From: Macrostomum lignano
Taxonomy: Eukaryota
Direction of reading: 5' to 3'
Assembly: GCA_002269645.1 (NCBI GenBank)
Contig: NIVC01000356.1
Span: forward strand, 1 to 64,000
DNA length: 64,000 nt
Shown: positions 23,858-36,900 of the stretch, piece after piece
Layout: the number at the start of each line of letters is the position of its first letter
How positions within the stretch are numbered: the first letter of the stretch is position 1
Position numbers and translations under genes: made by a program
The notes under the pieces: model-generated
Databases searched by the model: none
What the model was told of the DNA's origin: nothing
The model's input: the letters and a program-made list of their open reading frames with translations, nothing else

Positions 23858-26800
23858 ATGGATAAAACTGAAGCTGGTAAGTGAAATAAGTGAAAATGAG
23901 ACATGTTAAACCTCAGCGCCCCCCTCTCATTAGCGCCCCTCATTAGCGCCCCTTTCATTAGCGCCCCCTCTCAGTAGCGCACCTCGTTAGCGCCCCTCAT
24001 AAGCGCCCCCTCTCATTAGCGCCCAATTTCTAATTAGGGCCCCTCTCATTAGCGCCCCTTTCATTAGCGCCCCTTTCATTAGCGCCCCTCATTAGCGCCT
24101 CTCGTTAGTGTTCTCCTCATTAGCGCCCCTCATTAGCGCCCCTCTCATTAGCACCCCTCATTAGCGCCCAATCTCATTAGCGCCCCTCATTAGCGCCCCT
24201 CATTAGCGCCCCTCATCCACCCTTCAAAATTCTATTTTTAGAAACATCCGGCCAGCTCCAAGCCGCTGAGTTCGGCAGGCCGATGCTTGAGCAGCACTTT
24301 CCCCACGTGGCTCGCCGTGGCGTCCTCATGCTGAACAATGGCTCGTTCGGGGTGGCACCGAAGAGCGTTCTGGATTGCAAACTGCGGTACAAATGATTCC
24401 TGATCCCTTGAAGTAATGAATACATGAAATGATGAGATTTCTCAAATTCTCAGAGTTCTCAGAGATTCTAAAAAGTCCTAAGGACGTTTCTAATACTTAA
24501 AATTATTTGTGGCGGCCGTCTGACATCCCTTAGCGGATCCCTCAGACACCCTTAGCGGATCCCTCAGACAGCCTTGGCGGATCCTTCAGACACCCTTAGC
24601 GGATCCCTCAGACAGCCTTAGCGGATCCCACAGACAGCCTTGGTGGATCCTTCAGACACCCTTAGCGGATCCCACAGACACCCTTAGCGGATCCCACAGA
24701 CACCCTTAGCGGATCCCTCAAATACCCTTAGCGGATCCCACAGACACCCTTAGCGGATCCCTCAAATACCCTTAGCGGATCCCACAGACACCCTTAGCGG
24801 ATCCCTCAAATACCCTTAGCGGATCCCTCAAATACCCTTAGCGGATCCCGCAGACACCCTTAGCGGATCCCTCAGACACCCTTACTTGATCCCACAGACT
24901 GCCTTAGCGGATCCCTCAGACAGCCTTAGCGGATCCCTCAGACACCCTTAGCGGATCCCTCAGACACCCTTAGCGGATCCCTCAGACACCCTTAGCGGAT
25001 CCCACAGACAGCCTTGGCGGATCCTTCAGACACCCTTAGCGGATCCCTCAGACACCCTTAGCGGATCCCACAGACACCCTTAGCGGATCCTGCACAGACA
25101 CCCTTAGCGGATCCTGCACAGACAGCCTTAGCGGTTCCTTCAGACACCCTTAGCGGATCCCTCAGACAGCCTAAGCGGATCCCACAGACAGCCTTAGCGG
25201 ATCGCACAGACACCCTTAGCGGATCCTGCACAGACAGCCTTAGCGGTTCCTTCAGACACTGCCTTCAGCCTTCCGCTTCAAATATTTTATAAGACAGTTC
25301 TTCCTCCTACTTGAGCATTCCCTTTGATCTGCCGCCCGCAGACTCACCGAAGAGTTCGAGTCGTTCGCCGACGAGTTCGTCCGACTCCGCCAGGTGGATC
25401 TGAACTACAGCAGCCTGGAGGCCATCGCCAGGCGCCTTCGGGTGCGGCCGCAGCAGTGCGCCCTGCTGGAGAATGTCACCATCGGAGTGTCCAACATTCT
25501 GCGCCGGCTGTTGGCCCTGGAGCCGCCCGGCTCTCAGGTGCTCATCAACTCCTGGACCTACATCGCCGTCAGGATGGCTGCTACGGAGGCCGGGGAGGCG
25601 CCCGAAGCGAAGCTTCAACTGCCGCTGAAGTCGGGCGAGGACGTGCTGCGGGCGGTCGAGCAGGAGCTGGACAGGAGGCCGAAAGTTCGAATTGCTGTGT
25701 TCGGTGCGACCCCACTGGGGATTTTGGGAATGTAGCTGGGGGACAGGCGATGAGGTGGGTGACCCAGGTGACAGTTAGAGTGACACAGGTGACAGATAGG
25801 GTGACCCAGGTAACAGGTAGGGTGACACAGGTGATAGGCAGGGTGACACAGGTGACAGTTAGGGTGACACAGGTGACAGGTGACAGTTAGAGTGACACAG
25901 GTGACACAAGTGACACGTAGAGTGACATATGTGACAGGCAGGGTGACACCGGTGACAGGTAGGGTGACACAGGTGACAGGTAGAGTGACACAGGTTACAG
26001 GTGGAGTGACACAGGTTACAGGTAGGGTGACACAGGTGACAGGTAGGGTGACACAGGTGACAGGTAGGGTGACACAGGTTACAGGTAGGGTGACACAGGT
26101 GACAGGTAGAGTGACACAGGTGGACAGGTAGGGTGACACAGGTTACAGGTAGGGTGATACAGGTGACAGGTAGAGTGACACAGGTGACAGGTATAGAGTG
26201 ACACAGGTGACAGGTAGAGTGACACAGGTGACAGGTAGAGTGACATAGGTGACAGGTAGGGTGACACAGGTGACAGGTTGGGTGACACAAGTGACAGGTA
26301 GGGTGACACAAGTGACAGGTAGGGTGACACAGGTGACAGGTAGGGTGACACAGGTGACAGGCAGGGTGACACAAGTGACAGGTAGGGTGACACAGGTGAC
26401 AGGCAGGGTGACACAGGTGACAGGCAGGGTGACACAGGTGACAGGTATGGTGACACAGGTGACAGGCAGGGTGACACAGGTGACAGGCAGGGTGACGCAG
26501 GTGACAGGCAGGGTGACACAGGTGACAGACAGGGTGACACAGGTGACAGGTATGGTGACACAGGTGACAGGCAGGGTGACGCAGGTGACAGGTAGGGTGA
26601 CACAGGTGACAGGCAGGGTGACACAGGTGGACAGGTAGGGTAACACAGGTGACAGGCAGGGTGACACAGGTGACAGGCAGGGTGACAGATGCTGCGCAGC
26701 TAGGGCTCCCAGCAACGCTTATCCGACATCCGCTATTTAGACCATATCACGAGCACCACGGCCTGCCTGATGCCAGTGAAGGAGCTCACAGCCCTGTGTC

Positions 26801-28391
26801 GCAGCCGGGGCATCAAGGTGATCATCGACGGGGCCCACGCCATCGGCCAGGTGCCAAACCTGGACATCGAGGACATCGGCGCCGACTTCTACCTCGGCAA
26901 CCTCAACAAGTGGCACTTCCTGCCGAAATCAGTCGCTCTGATGTGGATTAGCGAGGCTCACGTGAGCACCATGAAACCCGACATTGTCTCCTGGCTGCTC
27001 CATGACGAGGTGCTGCCGCACAGGTACTCCTACCTGGGCACCAGGGACACCAGCAGCTTCTACGTCATCCCGGAAGCTTTGAAGTTTATCGACGAGATTT
27101 GCGGCGGTCTGGTGAGTGTCTGCTGGCCAATTGGGGCTGCTCAACAACTGTCTGAATGAGTGAAGCATACCTCTGTTACCTTCACCGATGCACATCAGGA
27201 CAGAGTTTACGAATACTGCCGCAGCCTTGCTGATGAGGCCAGCAGCTATCTGGCCGGATTCTGGGGCACCGACCTGCTGCCCCTGCCGGCTGACATGCAG
27301 GCGCCGTTCATGCGCCTCATCCGCCTACCCCAGCATCTTCAGAGGCCCGCCATCAAGAAGTTTGTGAGTTCTTCTTTGGAGAGGTCGAGTTTGTGACCTC
27401 CTCTCTTCATTCCTCTCTCCTCTCCTCTTCTCTCCTCTCCTCTCCTCTTCTCTCTTCTCCTCTCCTCTCCTCTCCTCTCCTCTCCTCTCCTCTCCTCTCC
27501 TCTCCTCTCCTCTCCTCTCCTCTCCTCTTCTCTCCTCTCCTCTCCTCTTCTCTCTTCTCCTCTCCTCTCCTCTCCTCTCCTCTCCTCTCCTCTCCTCTCC
27601 TCTCCTCTCCTCTCTTTCCTTCTCCTCTCCTCTCTTTTCCTCTCCTCTCCTCTCTTTCCTTCTCCTTTCCTCTCCTCTCCTCTCTTTCCCTCTCCTCTCC
27701 TCTCTTTCCTTCTCCTTTCCTCTCCTCTCCTCTCCTCTCCTCTCCTCTCTTTCCCTCTCCTCTCCTCTCTTTCCTTCTCCTCTCCTCTCCTCTCCTCTCC
27801 TCTCCTCTCCTCTCCTCTCCTCTCCTCTCCTCTCCTCTCCTCTCCTCTCTTTCTCTCTCCTCTCCTCTCTTTCCTTCTCCTCTCCTCTCTTCTCCTCTCC
27901 TCTCCTCTCCTCTCCTCTCCTCTCCTCTCCTCTCCTCTCCTCTCCTCTCCTCTCCTCTCCTCTTCTCTCCTCTCCTCTCCTCTTCTCTCTTCTCCTCTCC
28001 TCTCCTCTCCTCTCCTGTCCTCTCCTCTCCTCTCCTCTCCTCTCCTCTCCTCTTCTCTCCTCTCCTCTCCTCTCCTCTTCTCTCCTCTCCTCTCTTTCCT
28101 TCTCCTCTCCTCTCTTCTCTTCTCCTCTCCTATCCTCTCCTCTCCTCTCCTCTCCTCTTTCTTCTCTACTCTCCCATCCGCAACCTGAAATCGCAGGCCG
28201 AGGAGACGAGATTCGAGAGCAACATGTGGAAATTCCTGGCCTACAAGCTCAAAATGGACCTGCTGATTCTCAACATCGAGGACTCGCTGTTCATCCGCAT
28301 CGCCGCCTCCATTGTCGTTGACATGAACGACATTCGACTGGTGGGCGACACAATGATGAGGCTGAAGGAGACCGACTTTGTTTTGGACTGA
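23858..28391 (+). CDS. Class-V PLP-dependent C-S lyase-like enzyme, copy B, 6 exons, 418 aa
   Basis: Exons 23858-23876, 24242-24386, 25342-25703, 26741-27111, 27199-27363, 28197-28391. By eye it differs from copy A at E3K and a G/S change in exon 4 (IGEAH vs ISEAH), plus silent changes. Confidence 0.9.
23920..24215. repeat. CATTAGCGCCCCT-type minisatellite in lyase copy B intron 1
   Basis: An expanded array here versus only ~3 units in copy A (15320-15360). Confidence 0.9.
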
Positions 28392-29759
28392 TTTTTCCTA
28401 CTGAAGAAACTCATCTAGAGAACTCTAAAGAACTTTAAAGAAGGTACTAAAGGTACGAAGAACATAATGCAGCAGTGAGAGTTGTCATCAGAGTTTTAAC
28501 TGTTATACATGATTTTCACTTTGGGGCATTTTTTGGGAGATAAAAAATGTAGACTTCTTGAGATGCTGCTATTAGCTACTCACTTTGATTAACCTGCTTC
28601 TATGAAGCCGAGATTTGAGTCTTATTCAAAGGAGGGGAGAGAGATCGGTTTAACACACCTAATCATTTAAAGAATGTTTTGCACAGGAAAATTCTCCACA
28701 AGCATCCATTTTTACTAAAAGTAGCGTAGTTTGACTTTTACTTTCGGGTAGTTTTCGACCCTTCCCCCCCCGCAGTGAGACTCGCTACATTTCGGAATTC
28801 AATTTAGGCAATTTATAACTAAACAAGTGGAGCAACATTTTCGGACGGATTCAGCTTACACAGAGGCATTGGATTTCAACGGCAAAGTCAACGACACAGG
28901 ATACTCGTGCTAATTGTTATGACACGAGTGTAATTTGCCTGGCACCAGCTTCTTATGCGCGACTCCTGCTCCAATGCACTGGGGGGGGGGGGGGCAAAGC
29001 ACCATCTTTGTCAACAATCTATTAATTCTGTTTATAAATCCAAACAAGTTCTTTAAGACCGCGTCGTCAACGAAAAAGTCCTCGGATTGCACTCGGTTAA
29101 ACTTGAATTTATTTGCTCTAATTATTGCTATGGAAATTGCGCAGTTGACTGAGATTTGGCATGTAAACCGGTGGAGGCTCAGGGCCTTTAATCTGGCTTT
29201 TATTTCTTTTCGCCTTACGTTTCTTATTGCCTACCGGTAGACACCCATGGAGTACTGGGATACTAGAATCTGGTTAGGAAGCATCACTATGACAAGGAAT
29301 TTGAAGGCCATCGAGTTTTAAAGCTTAATCTATAAGACTATCTCCAACTCCAATCCAGTCGGTATGTTTAGCACGCCATGACCGGAGGAGCCGAAGGGAG
29401 TGTGGGCTCGGTGGCCACTGGGTTCGGCTGTCCCAGAAACTGGGCCGCCGCCCGCTGCACGCAGCGCCCCGCCAGAGAGGGAGTTGGAAACGCAGGAGAT
29501 TAAAGACTGCTACACAACAAAGTAATTTTTTCGCGCAGCGCACTTGCAATCGCGACAGTTTAACTTTCCAGCCAAGCCACTCCGTCCCGTCCCGAGTAAG
29601 CGCTGCTTAAGCATTGGCCCGCGATGCCAGGGGTTACCGGGTGCTTAGCGGCTTTGTTGGAATTTGAAATTTGAAACAAATATTAGGGTTCTTTCTAATT
29701 TCGAATTTTGCACGATTCAGCCTCATCCTGGTACAGGAAATGCCTGGCAACCACCAATC

Positions 29760-30280
<521 letters not shown>

Positions 30281-30919
30281 GGCAAAAGTTATGCAACTCA
30301 CAATAGCATACACTAGGGACCCCCCTAGGAATTGCATTACTAGGGTACATTCATAAAATGAATGTTCTTTTTTATGTTACAAGCAAGTCGCACCGGAGTA
30401 ACCTCCAAGTTTTCATCATTTTAACTTCATTTTATTATCCAGCACAATTTGCCCACTTGTCACTGTCAGAGTGTGGCATCTGCCTGAGATACCAACCAGA
30501 GCCAGTCCAAGTGACGCCCAGTAGTCTGTGTGTGGGCCCGAGGGCCGTGTCACAATTAGCAGCTCTTCTCATAATTCAGCTAAATATTTTCGCCATCAAT
30601 TCAACTCGAGGGCCCAAGCAGGCGGTCACTGGCCACTTGAAGCAAATAGTTGAGATTGAGAATCTTCTCAACAACTTAGCTTATTCTATTCAATAATTTA
30701 ACTGCAACTGCATGGGGAAGGCAGCAAATAAGCATCGTGGGTATGTGGCCCCTGCCGGTGTAACTGGGGTGGGGAGTTCAAACGGGTTCATTGTGCTTTT
30801 ATTGTTTGCTTTTGTATCACTCACTGTCTCTCTCGCCTGTCTCTACCTCTCAGATCTGTGCTGACTCTCACACAGCTTGGGAGGTCCCGGGCCGCAGCCG
30901 CTGCAGGGCAGTGTGCCGG

Positions 30920-33900
30920 TCATTTTCGGTATGCGGCTTGCAATACCCAGTGCAGTTGCGGTCTTCCATCTGCGCCGCCAATGTACAGTGAACTGATTTC
31001 CCCAGCTTTCGCGCTCCAATTGCAACTGAAATATTTAGGCGCCATTTTGGCGTCAAATACACGCAACTTAGCGCCGATTCGAACTGGGCTTGGAAATGAA
31101 TTGGCGTCATTTTGGCGCTTTTGTACTGGCGCCAAATCTAGCTGGAGTGGTTGAGTATATTTTTCCCAGCTTCCTAATGTCTTTCTTGGTGTCTGTTTTA
31201 GTGTCCATCATAGTGTTCTAATTTCTGTCCTAATATCTGTCTTAGTTTCCTAATGTTTGTCCTAATATCTGTCTTAATGTCTGTCTTAGTGTCCTAATAT
31301 CTGTCGCAGTGTCCTAATGTCTGTCTTAGTGTCCTAATGATTGTCCTAATGTCTGTCTTAGTGTCCTAATGTTTGTCCTAATGTCTGTCCTAATATCTGT
31401 CCTAATATCTGTCCTAATATCTGTCCTAATGTCTGTCTTAGTGTCCTAATGTTTGTCCTAATGTCTGTCCTAATATCTGTCCTAATATCTGTCCTAATGT
31501 CTGTCCTAATGTCTGTCTTAGTGTCCTAATGTCTGTCTTAGTGTCCTAATGTCTGTCCTAATGTCTGTCTTAGTGTCCTAATGTTTGTCCTAATTTCTGT
31601 CCTAATTTCTGTCCTAATATCTGTCCTAATGTCTGTCCTAATGTCTGTCTTAGTGTCCTAATGTCTGTCTTAGTGTCCTAATGTCTGTCCTAATGTCTGT
31701 CTTAGTGTCCTAATGTTTGTCCTAATGTCTGTCTTAATGTCTGTCTTTATGTCTGTCCTAATGTCTGTCCTAATATCTATCCTAATGACTGTCCTAATGT
31801 TTGTCTTAGTGCCCCAATATCTGTCCTAATGCCTATCTTAGCGATAGTAAATTGGCAATCAGTGTGGCAATAGCGTATCTAGAAAAGGTGTAAAAACTCG
31901 TTGTAAGATAAAAGTTTTCCCAAGTATTCTTCGTGTGCGGGCCTCGGGCTGATCCCCAAGATAGTTAAACTTTTTGCCAGTTTAAAATGCCAGTTTTGCA
32001 AATTCCCGATGCCGTCTCTCTGCAAGGCCCAGACAGACCGGGGTAATAAAATTTTTCTGTGTTTTTTCTTCTTTTTCTGTTCGCGTTCGCCGCCATCCAC
32101 CATTCACTTGCCCAGGTGCGTGTCCGGGAGGTGGCGGGAGGAGTAAGATGAGAAGAGGGGAGCGTGGGGTGGTGGCGTGGGCAATAAAAACTGTATCGAA
32201 AATTCCCACCTAAAAAGGCGCTGATTCCATATTGTTCTTCTTTTTTTATTCTCTTCTTCTGGCGGAACCTCCGCCGGCTTTTGGAGCAAATCTGGAGCAA
32301 CTTCAACCCCGAGGCTTAAGTGTTTGGAATTGACTGCACGGGCTCTGGCGGTCTTTAAATTGGGACAAAAAATACCGGCTTTAATAAAAGAGAACAACAC
32401 CTATTGAACCTGAGGGGTTGACTTTCATTTCTGGGAGACTTGAAGAATTATTGCTGGTAGGTAAAGGTTGCCCAGCCAGACCTCCACAAAAGGCCAATTG
32501 GGGACATTTGCAAGGAAGCCTAGAAGCAGAGGTTTGGAGTGCCAATTCTTCCCGAAATTCCTCCAGTTCCAGACAACTACAGACTGGGCAAAAGATTGGG
32601 CAAGATTCTGTGTAATCATTTATAAAGTTATCGCAGTCACCCTGACGCACTTCAAGCGAAATTGTCACACAACCGGCGAGAGGCATTGCTGCCGGCCATT
32701 CCGCCGACTCCCCTGAGCAGGCACACAAGCGCGCGGATACGTACGCAGTCATACGCACAGGCACACACTCACACAGGAGTGTACAGCGGCCCTGACTTTA
32801 TTTATCGTTAGGCATGTACACTTCACTGCGCCTTGGGGTTGGCCCTCAATGGCGTTAATTGCACGAGCAGAGCCAAGCCGAGATTCCAATTCAGCCCCAA
32901 ATCAATGCGACTGCACTTGGAATCGAGCCTGGGCCCCTGGGCTACGGGCCCTCTTCAGAACTCGATTAAATTGATTTTAATGCGCTTGGTTCACAGCATT
33001 TACACTCTACAGTTCAGCCTCTAGTTGTCTGTGTGGCTCCAGGTTCCTTTTCTAGCACTCCTTGACTCCTTGTCTAGACGGGATTGCGGAATTTAAGGGT
33101 CATCTAATAGTAGCACAGGCTACAACTATGGGATCCAAGCGGGCATTAGGCCAATAAAACCCCCCCCCGGACTTAGCGCCCAAGCCGGCAATCTGCACAA
33201 TAGAAGTAATAATTTAGCAGTAGCAGTTAGTACGGGGTTCTCAACTTTCTACAGTAAGCGATGAGTGATTTGGTCTCGCTAGTGTTTTTTTTCGCTCGCT
33301 AAATTGATAATTTATTGCTTTTAATAGTGTGCACACACTGGGCTGGCGTGTCAGTTGCCTGTGCTGCCAAGGGCTGCTGCAATAACACTATGAATATGAT
33401 GCAGGATGCCTGATTAAGAATTAGAATTTAGAGAATTTATTGCGAATTGTGCAATAGTTCAGAGAATATGAAATATGAGACGGAACATGTGATAGAGTAG
33501 AGAGTATGAGATATATTGACTTTGAGATAGAGTGTAAGATTAGAATGAACGAATTGTGAGATAGGAGTAGACAGAATATGAGATTAGAATGAACGATTTG
33601 TGAGATAGGAGTAGACAGAATATGAGATTAGAATGAAGGATTTGTGAGATAGGAGTAGACAGAATATGAGATTAGAAATGAAGGAATATTGGAGATAGGA
33701 GTAGACAGAATATGAGATTAGAATGAAGGATTTGTGAGATAGGAGTAGACAGAATATGAGATTAGAATGAAAGAATTGTGAGATAGGAGTAGACAGAATA
33801 TGAGATTAGAATGAAGGAATTGTAGAGATAGGAGTAGACAGAATATGAGATTAGAATGAAGGAATTGTGAGATAGGAGTAGACAGAATATGAGATTAGAA

Positions 33901-36900
33901 TGAAGGAATTGTGAGATAGGAGTAGACAGAATATGAGATTAGAACAGAAGAAGAGCAAAATGAAATCGGGAGCAGAAGAAGATAAGCAACAGAAAAAGAA
34001 AGTGGGGAAGGAACAACAGACGCCCCTTGCCGGCTTTTGATCTCCCTCCCCCCTCTCTCCCGCACCAAGCCAGACAAGCCGCAAACAAAACTGCCGGTCG
34101 CACCCAGGCCGAACTTCAAAAGGCTCGACCCCAAGCCAGGCCTCAGACAGGCTCTGGCGGACACATGCACTCAAAGGATGCCGCGAGGGCTTTAACATTG
34201 GAGACAAGTAAACCGAGGCATGGGTTTATTTAAACAAGAAAATCATCAACCAGCAGTTATGAGCTATCTATTCTGTTCCTTTCTTTCAATTCTTTCGCAC
34301 GGGCTTGTAATTTTTTTTTGGGGGGGGGGTTGAGCAATCGTGGGAACGTTTTAAAGGAGCCTTTGTTATATTGCTGAGTCAATTGTGGCTACAAGCAGCG
34401 CTTGGGAATTGTTTGTATAGTGCGTGAAATTAGTGAGAGATTCGGGAAAGTCCCTCCAGCCCCTGATCATACTTCTTTTCCCTTGAACGTAATGTGTTAG
34501 CGCCAAGTTAGCGCTGTAGGCTAGATTTTAGCGCCAAGTTTAGCGCTGTAGACTAGATTTTAGCGCCAAGTTTAGCGCTGTAGGCTAGATTTTAGCGCCA
34601 AGTTTAGCGCTGCAGACTAGATTTTAGCGCCAAGTTTAGCGCTGCAGGCTAGATTTTAGCGCCAAGTTTAGCGCTGCAGGCTAGATTTTAGCGCCAAGTT
34701 TAGCGCTGCAGGCTAGATTTTAGCGCCAAGTTTAGCGCTGCAGACTAGATTTTAGCGTTAAGTTTAGCGCTGCAGGCTAGATTTTAGCGCCAAGTTTAGC
34801 GCTGTAGGCTAGATTTTAGCGCCAAGTTTAGCGCTGCAGACTAGATTTTAGCGCCAAGTTTAGCGCTGCAGGCTAGATTTTAGCGCCAAGTTTAGCGCTG
34901 CAGACTAGATTTTAGCGCCAAGTTTAGCGCTGTAGGCTAGATTTTAGCGCCAAGTTTAGCGCTGTAGGCTAGATTTTAGCGCCAAGTTTAGCGCTGTAGG
35001 CTAGATTTTAGCGCCAAGTTTAGCGCTGCAGGCTAGATTTTAGCGCCAAGTTTAGCGCTGTAGGCTAGATTTTAGCGCCAAGTTTAGCGCTGCAGGCTAG
35101 ATTTTAGCGCCAAGTTTAGCGCTGCACTCACCCTTGCTATAATTAAACTACAGAGCTGTCCAGGAATAGCATCACTGCCAGTTTGCAAGGCCATTTAAGA
35201 AATTTAGCTTTGCATTGTCTGCTTCACATCGAGCTCTGCACTGTGCATGCTTTGCAAGTGACAGGAAACATCTGAGCAGCACAAGAGCATTTCCGTGCAC
35301 TCCGCGAATCAGTGCGTGCCGAGCGTGCGGCATGTTCACAGAATTATGGAGTCTGAGATTAGCGCAGTGGTGTTAGATATAGACACTAGACAGAGCTTGA
35401 TCTAACATGGCGGCCTTATAATGTGTTAGATATAGACAGCGCTTGATCTAACATGGCGGCCTTATAATGTGTTAGATATAGACAGCGCTTGATCTAACAT
35501 GGCGGCCTTATAATGTGTTAGATATAGACAGCGTTAAGGCTGGAAGGTTTTATAACCTCTTAGTCTGACTTTGGGTATAATTTATTTATTGGCACCAATT
35601 AGCTGAGAATGTTTGAAGGTCATCAGGCTGCAAAATTATGATTTCAAAATTCAATGACAAAGAGTCCTTTTTTATTGCCAGAGCGCGCACAAGTTGCAGT
35701 TCTCAAAGCATTAATTAATATCATGCTCGCAATGTGTGGCCGGGCAGCGAGAAGGGCACTTGAAAATCAAAGTGCAAGTTGGCCAGTCATAAATTGGCGA
35801 GTTTGACATTTAAAAGTTTTTCATTGGTGCAGTGTTTATTCAATAATAGAAGAGCCTGGATTTGTTTATGACAGGTGGGGTTCACTCACTCGATCCTCTC
35901 TCACAGTGACTCCCTTGTCAAGTGTTAAAAACTGGCAATAAAATTTGCTTGCCTAAAGCTTACCTGCCTTATCTCAGTTTTAAGCTCAAACTAGTTTAAT
36001 TATTTGTCACCTGGAAATCCAGAGCAGTCCTCTAGGGTGAGTGTCTATGTGATTGTCTGTGGGGTCTAAGGGTCTGAAGGATCAGAGAGGGGTAGCGGGC
36101 AGTCAACTGAAGGATCAGAGAGGGTAGTGGGCAGTCAACTGAAGAATCAGAGAGGGTAGCGGGCAGTCACCTGAAGGATCAGAGAGGGTAGCGGGCAGTC
36201 ACCTGAAGGATCAGAGAGGGTAGCGGGCAGTCACCTGAAGGATCAGAGAGGGTAGCGGGCAGTCACCTGAAGGATCAGAGAGGGGTAGCGGGCAGTCACC
36301 TGAAGGATCAGAGAGGGTAGCGGGCAGTCACCTGAAGGATCAGAGAGGGGTAGCGGACAGTCAAATGAAGGATCAGAGAGGGGTAGCGGACAGTCAAATG
36401 AAGGATCAGAGAGGGTAGAGGCCTCACTGAATGATCAGAGAGGGTAGCGGACAGTCAACTGAAGGATCAGAGAGGGTAGCGGGCAGTCACCTGAAGGATC
36501 AGAGAGGGGTAGTGGGCAGTCAACTGAAGGATCAGAGAGGGTAGCGGGCAGTCAACTGAAGGATCAGAGAGGGTAGCGGGCAATCAACTGAAGGATCAGA
36601 GAGGGTAGCGGGCAGTCACCTGAAGGATCAGAGAGGGGTAGCGGGCAGTCACCTGAAGGATCAGAGAGGGTAGCGGGCAGTCACCTGAAGGATCAGAGAG
36701 GGGTAGCGGACAGTCAAATGAAGGATCAGAGAGGGGTAGCGGACAGTCAAATGAAGGATCAGAGAGGGGTAGTGGGCAGTCACCTGAAGGATCAGAGAGG
36801 GTAGCGGGCAGTCACCTGAAGGATCAGAGAGGGTAGCGGGCAATCAACTGAAGGATCAGAGAGGGTAGCGGGCAGTCACCTGAAGGATCAGAGAGGGGTA

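Larger units (their letters stand above)
23135..28900 (+). repeat. Right arm of inverted segmental duplication
   Basis: Reverse-complement homology to 10680-16030 throughout. Confidence 0.95.

Noticed and set aside
10680-28900. Inverted duplication as a pure assembly artefact
   Set aside because: Diverged flanks, different exon 1 codons and different array structures are not expected from a read fold-back; mis-joining of homeologs still needs long-read confirmation.
29230-29560. GC-rich segment that could be a terminal exon
   Set aside because: Open in several frames with no family signal; it cannot be tied in phase to the provisional gene.
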